Virus record (IMG/VR): IMGVR_UViG_3300034117_001294
Location: 1 to 64,000 of that record
Reading direction: 5' to 3' (one strand)
Length of the DNA stretch: 64,000 nucleotides
Shown here: positions 29,402 to 37,950 of the stretch, in pieces
Layout of the letters: the number at the start of each line of letters is the position of its first letter
How positions within the stretch are numbered: position 1 is the first letter of the stretch
The notes under the pieces: generated by a model
The model's input: only the letters and a program-made list of their open reading frames with translations
What the model was told of the DNA's origin: nothing
Databases searched by the model: none
Position numbers and translations under genes: made by a program

Positions 29402-30223
29402 ATGCCATACGTACAAGGTGCAAGAGTTCACGGAGTAGTACACATTGCTGATGTGTATCGTAGCCCCAATGTTTTTACAAATAATGTTGCAACAGCATTA
29501 TGGTTAGAAGCTGGAACCAGTGCTGGCTTTGTTGGTATTGCTATTAATGCACCGCCATCGTTAGATCCAGCAGAGGCTGCTGCGGCAGTTGACCTTACCA
29601 CTGCCTATACCAGCAATCCTGATAGTTTTTATAATCCAGCGGCTGCGACTGACGGTGTAAAAGCTAACTTTCCCGGTACTCCTGAAGATACTACTACGTC
29701 AACTGGTATTACAGATGTTGCTACTGCTTCAGGTATTGTTCCTTTCTTAGCAGCTACTCTAGAAGAAGCAGGTCGAGGTATGTGGAGAGAAAGTGGCCAG
29801 GCTGGCGGGACCAGTAATAAAAATATCTTAAAGATATGGACAGCACTGGGGTTCTCTGGCAGTCCCTGGAATACCGACCAAACTGCATGGTGTATGGGAT
29901 TTGTTAACTTTGCATTAAAATGCTCAGGTAAACAATATGTGCAAACAGCCAGTGCAAAAGCTATTAAGCAAAATCCAGAGAGATGGGGTGCTACACAAGT
30001 TACACCTGCAACAGCACAGCCGGGTGACATTGTACTTTGGAAGTATAGTCATGTGAACTTTATCTATACCTTGAATGGTGGCAAAGCTACATTTGTTGGT
30101 GGCAATCAAACTCCTACGTCCGGCAAGAATAATAACCCCAGTGACGGAGATGTTACCATCAGTTACGCTGGTGGATCGCCATTAACTAATAACAACATTG
30201 ACAGTATCTGGCGAGTAGCCTAA
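29402..30223 (+). CDS. TIGR02594/CHAP-like putative peptidoglycan hydrolase
   Basis: DQTAWCMGFVNFAL, AQPGDIVLW, HVNFI, VGGNQ. Confidence 0.7.
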   Translation: MPYVQGARVHGVVHIADVYRSPNVFTNNVATALWLEAGTSAGFVGIAINAPPSLDPAEAAAAVDLTTAYTSNPDSFYNPAAATDGVKANFPGTPEDTTTSTGITDVATASGIVPFLAATLEEAGRGMWRESGQAGGTSNKNILKIWTALGFSGSPWNTDQTAWCMGFVNFALKCSGKQYVQTASAKAIKQNPERWGATQVTPATAQPGDIVLWKYSHVNFIYTLNGGKATFVGGNQTPTSGKNNNPSDGDVTISYAGGSPLTNNNIDSIWRVA

Positions 30224-30759
30224 TGAAACAAAAATTTATCGATATGTATATGGATTGGGCAGAACGCACTGCTCAACTAAGCCACGCTCGTAGACTACAA
30301 GTCGGTGCTGTGATTGTTAAAGACGATAGTGTTATCAGCTACGGCTATAACGGCATGCCTTCTGGGTGGGACAACGATTGTGAAGACAAAGACTATATGA
30401 GTCGCGATGCGGGTGGCTGGTTAGACCCTGAAGAAATTTACGAAAGATGGCCTTTTGAAGAAACAGTAGTAGTCGCAAACGACAATGAAAGTTTTGAAAC
30501 ATCTATGCGTTATCGACTTAAAACTAAACCAGAGGTCCTTCATGCTGAATCCAATGCAATTGCTAAGTTGGCCAAGTCTATCAACAGTGGTAACGGTGCT
30601 GGTATTTTCATTACTCATGCTCCGTGTATCGATTGTGCAAAACTCATATATCAAAGCGGTATCAGTAGTGTATACTATCGCAGTAGCTATCGTGATATTT
30701 CGGGGATCGAGTTTTTAGAAAAATCCGGAGTAAAAGTAGAACAGGTTGATAATAAATAA
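30223..30759 (+). CDS. dCMP deaminase
   Basis: GYNGMP, HAESNAI, THAPCIDC. Confidence 0.93.
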   Translation: MKQKFIDMYMDWAERTAQLSHARRLQVGAVIVKDDSVISYGYNGMPSGWDNDCEDKDYMSRDAGGWLDPEEIYERWPFEETVVVANDNESFETSMRYRLKTKPEVLHAESNAIAKLAKSINSGNGAGIFITHAPCIDCAKLIYQSGISSVYYRSSYRDISGIEFLEKSGVKVEQVDNK

Positions 30760-30814
30760 TTTGCCTGTCAAGCATCTGGACATAGTCCAGTTAGACATGT
30801 TGGGCGAGGACTTC

Positions 30815-30843
30815 TTGACAGCCTCGTCAAAATGTAGTATAAT
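30815..30843 (+). promoter_or_regulatory. Consensus sigma70 promoter for tmRNA
   Basis: TTGACA-17 nt-TATAAT. Confidence 0.85.
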
Positions 30844-30850
30844 TTAAGTT

Positions 30851-31195
30851 AAGACTGTATGAAGTAGACAGAAAAGGATTCAAGACGCGGGGGCAGTGCC
30901 CGCCAGGTCCACCATAAAACACATTAGCCTGACTGAAACGGGCATCGAGTACGTGGAACGTGGAAGAAGGTTCGATTCCTTCATACTCAATTTCAGTAGT
31001 GTGTTTTATAATGGGCCTGACACAGGATCGATTGGGTCACAAGTATTGAAATGGACAGTCCGGCAATGTAGAAGCCGTTAGGATTGGGGTGACCCGGTCG
31101 CAGAAGCAAAACAAAGTAACCGCAAACGACTCACAGTTCGCATTAGCTGCCTAAACTCAGCTTAGGGTAGTTATACCTCGTAACAGAAAATAACA
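30851..31195 (+). ncRNA. ssrA: Circularly permuted (two-piece) tmRNA; acceptor piece about 30851-30914, coding piece from 31013, tag ANDSQFALAA at 31122-31154
   Basis: T-arm GCGGG-GGCAGTG-CCCGC plus CAGGTCC-A-CCA precedes the 5' strand GGGCCTG; 7-bp acceptor stem with G3.U70; tag gca aac gac tca cag ttc gca tta gct gcc taa; outer boundaries approximate. Confidence 0.92.
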
Positions 31196-31222
31196 GAAAG
31201 CACCTTCGGGTGCTTTTCTTTT
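31195..31222 (+). terminator. Intrinsic terminator after tmRNA
   Basis: gaaagcacc-ttcg-ggtgctttt-ctttt. Confidence 0.85.
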
Positions 31223-31251
31223 GACTAAATATTTGTCAGGAGGACACAACC

Positions 31252-31410
31252 ATGAAACAGAGAAAGCTAGTAGCTAAACTGTACAGGGCTTGCGTCGACC
31301 ACGATGCCGAGAAACAATACGAACTTCGTTTAAAAGAGTTCGCCAAAATCTTGAAACACAAGGCCGAAGGCAAACCGTTTACACACAAATGGACTTTGGT
31401 AAGGATTTAA
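31252..31410 (+). CDS. Small basic protein, 52 aa (not in ORF track)
   Basis: AGGAGG RBS, TAAATA at 31226; MKQRKLVAKLYRACVDHDAEKQY... Confidence 0.6.
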   Translation: MKQRKLVAKLYRACVDHDAEKQYELRLKEFAKILKHKAEGKPFTHKWTLVRI

Positions 31411-31462
31411 GATTGTAATACAACTGTAATCTTTTAAACATAATACTACGATAAATATTGCT

Positions 31463-32347
31463 ATGCAAAAAACTTATCGTAGTATTTTTGTGAGTGATGT
31501 CCATTTAGGTACAAAAGACTGTAAGGCGGAACAGCTCAATAATTTTCTCAAGCATAATAGTTGTGATACACTATATCTTGTAGGCGATATCATCGACGCT
31601 TGGAAAATACAACAAAACAAATGGCGTTGGAAACAGAGCCACACTAATGTGGTACGCAGAGTACTAGGACACGCCAAGCGTGGCACCCGTGTTGTATTCA
31701 TAGCAGGCAATCACGATGAATTCTTAAGACCAATGATACCCTATGGTTTCAACTTTGGTCTAGTAGAAATACACAATCAAATAGAACATATAGGTGCAGA
31801 CGGCAAACACTATCTAGTCACTCATGGAGATCTGTTTGACGGCATTACCCGTCTTGCACCATGGATAGCATTCCTGGGAGACAAAGCCTATGACGTTGTT
31901 CTTACACTCAACAATAAGTTTAATTGGATTCGTCGCCGTATGGGTTTTGGGTACTTTAGCCTTAGCCAGTATCTTAAGTACAAGGTTAAAAAAGCAGTAG
32001 ACTTCGTGTTCAAATTTGAAGAGAACTTGGCCAACTATTGCAAGAAGCGTGGCTTCGACGGAGTTATCTGCGGACACATACATCACGCAGAGATAAAAGA
32101 AATCAACGGTGTCACATACATGAATGACGGTGATTGGGTCGAGTCATGCACAGCACTTGTAGAACATTGGGACGGACGTTGGGAAATAGTTACTTGGACC
32201 AAGGAGAAAGATGATGTGGATAATGTTATTGTTAGCGATACATTCAAAAAATCCAAACGACATCCCGGGAAGAATAACATTAATGTTTCCGGATCAGACA
32301 TCGTGCGAATCGATCCTGAAGACAATGTCGTATCAACTAAAGTTTGA
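31463..32347 (+). CDS. plcP: PlcP-type metallophosphoesterase (LpxH-like family)
   Basis: SIFVSDVHLG, LYLVGDIID.W, GNHDEFLR, HGDLFD, CGHIHH, YMNDGDWVES; GNHD rather than LpxH GNRD. Confidence 0.75.
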   Translation: MQKTYRSIFVSDVHLGTKDCKAEQLNNFLKHNSCDTLYLVGDIIDAWKIQQNKWRWKQSHTNVVRRVLGHAKRGTRVVFIAGNHDEFLRPMIPYGFNFGLVEIHNQIEHIGADGKHYLVTHGDLFDGITRLAPWIAFLGDKAYDVVLTLNNKFNWIRRRMGFGYFSLSQYLKYKVKKAVDFVFKFEENLANYCKKRGFDGVICGHIHHAEIKEINGVTYMNDGDWVESCTALVEHWDGRWEIVTWTKEKDDVDNVIVSDTFKKSKRHPGKNNINVSGSDIVRIDPEDNVVSTKV

Positions 32348-32368
32348 AAATTTTAAGGTAGTAGGCGA

Positions 32369-33091
32369 ATGCAAGAAACAATGAAATTCAGTGATAAAAT
32401 TACTATTGTAATTCCTTGTAAGAATGAGGAAAATTACATTCCGTATCTATTAACGCACTTACGTAATCAAATGATAGGTAGTACCAGAATCATTATTGCA
32501 GATTGTTCAACGGACAACACTCGTGAAGTTATTCAAGTATCCAAGGGAAATCTCAATGTTGAAGTTATTGAAGGCGGCCCTGTTTCTACTGCCAAGAACA
32601 ACGGAGCACGGCTAGTTACTACTCCATATATTTTATTCATTGATGCTGATGTACGTTTCTTTAAGGATACGGTTATCCGGGATGCTGTTGCTGAAATAGA
32701 GTCAAAGAACTTAGATCTTATCGGACTAAACCTCAAATGCTATGATCAAGACATTCGAGCAAAGATCGGATTTACACTTTTTAACGTTATAAACAATATT
32801 CTAAAATATTTCTCACCGTTTGCTATTGGTGCATTTATGCTAACTCGTAGAGATCGTTTTGAAGAACTAGGTGGGTTTCCTGAAAAAACAGTAACATCTG
32901 AGGACTATTTTTTATCTAGGCAGTATAGCCCTAAAAAATTCAAAATATTAAATCATTATTTTGGACAAGATAGTCGAAGGTTTAAGAAGATGGGATATTT
33001 TGGAATGGGATGGTATCTCATTAAAAACTTTATCAATCGTAATAATCAAGAATATTGGGACCGGTTAGATTCGTCAAAGTACTGGAACTAA
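32369..33091 (+). CDS. Glycosyltransferase family 2
   Basis: IVIPCKNEE, DCSTDNT, FIDAD, SED, DSRRF. Confidence 0.9.
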   Translation: MQETMKFSDKITIVIPCKNEENYIPYLLTHLRNQMIGSTRIIIADCSTDNTREVIQVSKGNLNVEVIEGGPVSTAKNNGARLVTTPYILFIDADVRFFKDTVIRDAVAEIESKNLDLIGLNLKCYDQDIRAKIGFTLFNVINNILKYFSPFAIGAFMLTRRDRFEELGGFPEKTVTSEDYFLSRQYSPKKFKILNHYFGQDSRRFKKMGYFGMGWYLIKNFINRNNQEYWDRLDSSKYWN

Positions 33092-33140
33092 TAAGATACT
33101 CGCCTGCTGACGGCGTACAATGTGATAAGTAGTCAGCAGT

Positions 33141-33166
33141 AAACCCGCTTTGGCGGGTTTTCTTTT
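33141..33166 (+). terminator. Intrinsic terminator
   Basis: aaacccgc-tttg-gcgggttt-tctttt. Confidence 0.85.
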
Positions 33167-33189
33167 GGCAACATTAGACTCAGATTTAG

Positions 33190-33219
33190 TTGACATCGGT
33201 GCTAATACTGATATATAAT
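33190..33219 (+). promoter_or_regulatory. sigma70 promoter
   Basis: TTGACA-18-TATAAT. Confidence 0.65.
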
Positions 33220-33261
33220 AGTAGATGATGAATTAATCATCTATTTTAAAGGAAATTAAAA

Positions 33262-33711
33262 ATGAAGAAAATCGCAATCGCATCTCTAATCGCAATGGCA
33301 GCAATGTCTGCATCCGCATTAGAAGTTGGTGTAACAGCCGCACGTGAGTACACAGGTACAAACACAGACGGTATGGGTATTACACTAGGTCAGAAGTTTG
33401 GCAAAGTTGGTGTCACTGCTGGATTTGAGCGTTTCACTAAGGAAGTCAACGACCAAGATCGATTGAGCCTAACAGCTGGTTACGATGTTGCAAAATTTGG
33501 TCCTGTAACAGTTACTCCAAAAGTCGGGGTTGCTCATCTCAGAAACTCTGCCGCAGTTGACGGCTATGCTCTAACACTCGGTGTTGGTGCAAGTGTTCCG
33601 TTAAACAAAACTGTTGACCTCACAGTTGATGCTCGTCGCCAATACGGTCAAGACCGTGTTAACGCATTTGACGGTAACACAGTTACCGCCGGACTAAAAG
33701 TTAAGTTCTGA
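33262..33711 (+). CDS. Outer-membrane beta-barrel protein (8-strand OmpA/Ail-like)
   Basis: Signal peptide, amphipathic strands, C-terminal AGLKVKF. Confidence 0.8.
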   Translation: MKKIAIASLIAMAAMSASALEVGVTAAREYTGTNTDGMGITLGQKFGKVGVTAGFERFTKEVNDQDRLSLTAGYDVAKFGPVTVTPKVGVAHLRNSAAVDGYALTLGVGASVPLNKTVDLTVDARRQYGQDRVNAFDGNTVTAGLKVKF

Positions 33712-33728
33712 TCTTAACTTTAGTAACC

Positions 33729-33755
33729 AAAAGGCTACTCTGGTAGCCTTTTTTT
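33729..33755 (+). terminator. Intrinsic terminator
   Basis: aaaaggctac-tctg-gtagccttttttt. Confidence 0.85.
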
Positions 33756-33770
33756 ATGTTATAATATTTT

Positions 33771-34076
33771 ATGATTGGTATAGATATTACAAGAATATCT
33801 AGGTTTGAAAAAATGTCAAACTTAGAACAGTTTATCAAACGATTCAATGTGGACGGTACTACTGCTCTAGCGGCCGCAAAGACCTGGGCTTGTCTTGAAG
33901 CAGTTTACAAAGCAGAAGGCGGCAATGTTAACAGTGAGCAAATCAGAGTGCTGTTTCCAAAAAATTCTGCACCCAAGATTGTGGATGTTGATAACACCTT
34001 AAAGTATAACTACACAATGACACTTAGCCATGAAGACGATCTAGTGGTAGCAGTAGCATTCGGAACAAAGGAATAA
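33771..34076 (+). CDS. acpS: Holo-ACP synthase (phosphopantetheinyl transferase)
   Basis: GIDI..ISRF, WACLEAVYKA, TLSHEDDLVVAVA. Confidence 0.75.
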   Translation: MIGIDITRISRFEKMSNLEQFIKRFNVDGTTALAAAKTWACLEAVYKAEGGNVNSEQIRVLFPKNSAPKIVDVDNTLKYNYTMTLSHEDDLVVAVAFGTKE

Positions 34077-34077
34077 T

Positions 34078-34323
34078 ATGGGTCACGGTGGTAAGGGCGA
34101 TAGACAACGCCCTACAGATTTAAAAGCATTTAGCACAAACTATGATGCAATTTTTAGGAAGAAAGATATGCAGGTAAGAGTTAAAGAAGATGAAAGTAAA
34201 ATTGGGCAATGCGGTTGTGGTCGTAGTCCAACAGGTAAGTGCATTGGGTGGCATGGACTGAATGAAGAACAATTAAAAGCTGCACAAGAAAAATATGCAG
34301 CCGAAGGAAAAACAAATGGCTAA
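34078..34323 (+). CDS. Small protein with CDGSH-like Cys3His motif
   Basis: CGCGRSPTGKCIGWH. Confidence 0.55.
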   Translation: MGHGGKGDRQRPTDLKAFSTNYDAIFRKKDMQVRVKEDESKIGQCGCGRSPTGKCIGWHGLNEEQLKAAQEKYAAEGKTNG

Positions 34324-34477
34324 AATTCAAGAAACTATTTTTGTTATTAAACTAAGTCAATTGGTTAGAGATCGAGGTGGCGACGGCAATACATTTGCTG
34401 ACTTGCCTGCAACAATAGAACAGGTCATTCAAGAGCTAGTGCCCGGCGATGTTGTTGTTGAAGTAGAACAAGCATAA
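34316..34477 (+). CDS. Small hypothetical protein
   Basis: MAKIQETIFVIKLSQLV; AAGGA RBS. Confidence 0.55.
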   Translation: MAKIQETIFVIKLSQLVRDRGGDGNTFADLPATIEQVIQELVPGDVVVEVEQA

Positions 34478-35151
34478 TTAGGTACAGTATATTTTGTTAG
34501 TGTTTCTTCGGAAACACTAAAATTATGTTTGTAATGTGCTATCCTAAATTTTTGTTTAACGCTGAGATGCACTATTGCAACCGGATATAATCTGTCAACC
34601 AGTGGATGTCCTAATAGATATTTTTCTATAGATGCTACTAGACAGTCAGTGGGATGTACTATTTTATGTAGTAGCCAATAAGTTCTGTTTTCTTCACCGG
34701 AGTTAGTTTCGTGTGAATTAATGAGGCGGCATAAAGGAAGATAAGCAGTTATCTTAACACTCATAAAAATATCAAATACATTTAAACTTTCTCCAATCAT
34801 CACACCCAATGTTAATAATGCAACTGCACCAGTGTTCCTACTTTCGGGTATAGAATTATCAGTTGGCAGCGTTCCGGCTAGCATTAGAAATCCAAACTGA
34901 CTAGAGTTCGGAAACGAATAGATAGAAAATGAAATTAAAACATTAGTAGATAAATCTTCAACAGCCAAGACACGGTATTCTGAATTTTTATCTAACAACA
35001 TGTCTATAAGTATCCTTTCGAAATCCTCGTCAGATTTGATATTTTTAAGAGAACCTTGTATATGTGATTTGGATCGATAGATAGATAAAATACTTTCGCA
35101 GTCCAAAAGAGAACATTGAAAAGCTCGAAAGTTACCATATACTAGTTCCAT
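34429..35151 (-). CDS. Hypothetical AT-rich antisense insert
   Basis: 240 aa; own TAAATA 4 nt upstream. Confidence 0.5.
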   Translation of the reverse strand: MELVYGNFRAFQCSLLDCESILSIYRSKSHIQGSLKNIKSDEDFERILIDMLLDKNSEYRVLAVEDLSTNVLISFSIYSFPNSSQFGFLMLAGTLPTDNSIPESRNTGAVALLTLGVMIGESLNVFDIFMSVKITAYLPLCRLINSHETNSGEENRTYWLLHKIVHPTDCLVASIEKYLLGHPLVDRLYPVAIVHLSVKQKFRIAHYKHNFSVSEETLTKYTVPNYACSTSTTTSPGTSS

Positions 35152-35232
35152 AATAATATTTACTGTTTGGTAAAATCAATGGTTGCACTATTGGTTATAC
35201 CGAGTGTATACTATGTCTATAGGAGGTTCATA

Positions 35233-35562
35233 ATGAACGCTGAATACACACTTACACAATTGAAACTATGGTGCATTAACCAATCTAAAGATGAACAGAT
35301 TTGGTTTAATAAAGATACTACATATCAATGGACTAGGGGCAAAGACACTGCTACTGGATTGATTAATGGTGTAGTACGAAAGTTAGCAGGCATTGATCCT
35401 GCTGGCAAACAAATTTGGGTAGTAGCAGGATCTCTCAAAATTGCACCTAACGGTCAAGTACTGAGATTTACTGGCATTCCTAGCAAGGTCCAAAAGTCAT
35501 TTGAACCACACGCATCGAACACTGCTAATCCTATTGACTTTCCCCAAACTGAGTTAGCATAA
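35233..35562 (+). CDS. Hypothetical early protein
   Basis: TTGCAC-18-TATACT promoter (35183-35212) and AGGAGG RBS. Confidence 0.65.
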   Translation: MNAEYTLTQLKLWCINQSKDEQIWFNKDTTYQWTRGKDTATGLINGVVRKLAGIDPAGKQIWVVAGSLKIAPNGQVLRFTGIPSKVQKSFEPHASNTANPIDFPQTELA

Positions 35563-35954
35563 TGTCAATGCATCTACATCACCCTAGCCTTAGTCTCAAT
35601 GGCAAGAAGAAGGGCAAAGTTAAATTTCGTAATGCAGACGAGGCTCGTAAAGCACGTGACCTCGACGAGTCTTGGAAAGAACTTCAAAAGAAATGGGCAG
35701 TAGAAGCCGAGGACAAAAAACGTAAGCGGGCACTGTCAGCTGAACCGTTGTCCTACAAATTATCTGCACCACCGGGCAGAGAAAACACATCACGAGCCCC
35801 TAGTCGGGGTGACGGAATGGGCAGTGCAACTCTTGCACCTCCTAAAGTATATACAGGCACAAAAGTCAAGGGCATTGCAACAATGCACAAGTCTAATGCT
35901 GTTCCGGTTTTCTCAGATGAGGAAGCAGTTGCAATTTCTAACATGAGGAGATAA
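35562..35954 (+). CDS. Conserved-type T4-like phage hypothetical protein
   Basis: KVYTGTKVKGIATMHKSNAVPVFS motif. Confidence 0.65.
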   Translation: MSMHLHHPSLSLNGKKKGKVKFRNADEARKARDLDESWKELQKKWAVEAEDKKRKRALSAEPLSYKLSAPPGRENTSRAPSRGDGMGSATLAPPKVYTGTKVKGIATMHKSNAVPVFSDEEAVAISNMRR

Positions 35955-35955
35955 T

Positions 35956-36549
35956 ATGACATTTTTTGAAAAATACGGCATGCCTAGATCTAGCGAAGAA
36001 TTACGTGAAGAATATCTACTACAGAAAGAACAAGCAAGGATTAATCCCGCGGCAGAAAACGTTGATCATTACTCAGATCTAGGTTTTAAAAAAGTATGCT
36101 CAGTTAGAAGTACTCGAGTGGGCAATTACTGGGAATATACTCATATTGATGAATCAGTAATGTATGACTCACATAGAAGTTGGGTATACGTTATTACTCA
36201 ACATGGTCGTATTGTCAAGATAGGAGAAACAGGTAATCCGTTAGGAATAAAAATGTCAGATGGACAACCTAAGCTAGGCACACAGTGCCGTCTCGGTCGA
36301 TATAGGAAAGGCGGCGGCACCGATGAGGATATTCGAGATATCCTAAGGATAGAAACACAAAATAAATTTCACATTCATGCTATTGAAATATATGCTATGA
36401 AATGTCCTGAGATTGATTTTCCTATTAAGATCTGTAATGAAGAAAAAATTATCAAATCTCAAATTCACAAAGAATTAGAAAAGGCTTTGTTAGACTATTT
36501 TAAAGCTAATATAGGTAAGTATCCTGATTGTAATGCAGGACGCTGTTAA
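35956..36549 (+). CDS. Putative GIY-YIG-like protein
   Basis: WVYVI....IVKIGET motif. Confidence 0.4.
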   Translation: MTFFEKYGMPRSSEELREEYLLQKEQARINPAAENVDHYSDLGFKKVCSVRSTRVGNYWEYTHIDESVMYDSHRSWVYVITQHGRIVKIGETGNPLGIKMSDGQPKLGTQCRLGRYRKGGGTDEDIRDILRIETQNKFHIHAIEIYAMKCPEIDFPIKICNEEKIIKSQIHKELEKALLDYFKANIGKYPDCNAGRC

Positions 36550-36561
36550 TAAATATCTCTT

Positions 36562-37950
36562 ATGAAACCAACATTAAATGAAAAATTTCTCGCCTACCTA
36601 GCATTACTAAGCGGTATAACTCTTTCGATTGTAGCAGAGTACTACAGTATTCTCGGCCTGACTGCAATTTTCTCAGCCGCAGTTATCCCTGTTGTTATAA
36701 TGGGTATTGCTTTAGGCATAGGAAAAGTCACTGCTACATTATGGCTAAAACAAAATTGGAACATTGCACCCTGGAGTATTCGAACTTACTTGCTGGCTGC
36801 AATCGCAGTATTGATGCTGATCACATCAATGGGTATTTTTGGATTCTTATCTAAAGCACACTCAGATCAAAGCCTAGTATCGGGTGATGTACAAAGCAAG
36901 ATTGCTATCTATGACGAAAAGATTAAAACAGCCAAGGACAATATAGATGCGAACCGTAAGGCTCTTAAACAGATGGATGAGGCTGTGGACCAAGTCATGG
37001 CAAGAAGCAGTTCAGAAACGGGTGCCGACAAAGCTGTTGGGATTAGACGCTCACAACAAAAAGAACGTGCCCGCCTTCAGTCTGAGATCCAAGCCGAACA
37101 GAAAACTGTTGCCGCTATTAGCCAAGAACGTGCTCCAATCGCGGCAGAGGTACGAAAGGTTGAAGCCGAAGTAGGGCCAATCAAATACATTGCGGCATTT
37201 GTCTATGGCGAAACAGATGAAACAATTTTAGAAAAAGCAGTTACCTGGGTAATTGTTATTTTAATCATAGTGTTTGATCCGCTGGCTGTTATTTTATTAT
37301 TATCCAGCCAAATTAGCTTTCAAAAATTCCGTGAATATGAAGAAGGTGATTTCTTATTACACAATACAGTTCCTGCGTTTGTTGCAGATGTCAGTGAACC
37401 GCCTACTAAAGAAAAAATCAAGGACGACCTGTTTCCGACATTTGAAGAAATTACGGAGGGTGACAGCCCACCAGGACCGGTTGTTGACATAGTCTCCCCA
37501 GAATCCACTGTCACAACATCTATACTAGAACAACATCCTTATCTTAATAATGGCTTTACACATTTTGAAGGCTTAGAGCCTATGGTGTATACACCCGAGC
37601 CAGTGGTTGAAAAGCCAAAAGAATATGTTGTAGAGGCTGCATTAATTGATGCACTAGAAGGCACAGTTAATCGACTGCAACAAGAAAACGACGACTTAAA
37701 AAATCAGTTAGAAGACTTGCAAAAGGCAGACTTTGAAGCTAAACTATCTAATGCACAGAAAACTGAAATACAAAGTTTGTATAGCAAAATACATCAATTA
37801 GAAACTAAGCTAACAGGATCTAGTGAATATGTGCAGAACGAAGAACAATCTAAAAGTGGATTGTGGAGAGCTATTAATTCGAAGATCAGTGAAGAAGAAT
37901 ACATAGACAAAATACGTAAGCAGAATGATAACACTGATAACGCCGCCTGA
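36562..37950 (+). CDS. Membrane-anchored coiled-coil protein
   Basis: 3 N-terminal TM helices, long coiled coil, internal TM FDPLAV. Confidence 0.7.
   Translation: MKPTLNEKFLAYLALLSGITLSIVAEYYSILGLTAIFSAAVIPVVIMGIALGIGKVTATLWLKQNWNIAPWSIRTYLLAAIAVLMLITSMGIFGFLSKAHSDQSLVSGDVQSKIAIYDEKIKTAKDNIDANRKALKQMDEAVDQVMARSSSETGADKAVGIRRSQQKERARLQSEIQAEQKTVAAISQERAPIAAEVRKVEAEVGPIKYIAAFVYGETDETILEKAVTWVIVILIIVFDPLAVILLLSSQISFQKFREYEEGDFLLHNTVPAFVADVSEPPTKEKIKDDLFPTFEEITEGDSPPGPVVDIVSPESTVTTSILEQHPYLNNGFTHFEGLEPMVYTPEPVVEKPKEYVVEAALIDALEGTVNRLQQENDDLKNQLEDLQKADFEAKLSNAQKTEIQSLYSKIHQLETKLTGSSEYVQNEEQSKSGLWRAINSKISEEEYIDKIRKQNDNTDNAA

Noticed and set aside
30947-30988. Functional tRNA gene
   Set aside because: Only a T-arm and a short acceptor-like stem; no D arm, anticodon arm or CCA. 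Kept as a finding instead
31463-32347. Canonical LpxH of lipid A synthesis
   Set aside because: GNHD motif and overall pattern fit PlcP-type better; not excluded without phylogeny
35956-36549. Mobile homing endonuclease
   Set aside because: Only a weak GIY-YIG-like motif, with no intron or target-gene context
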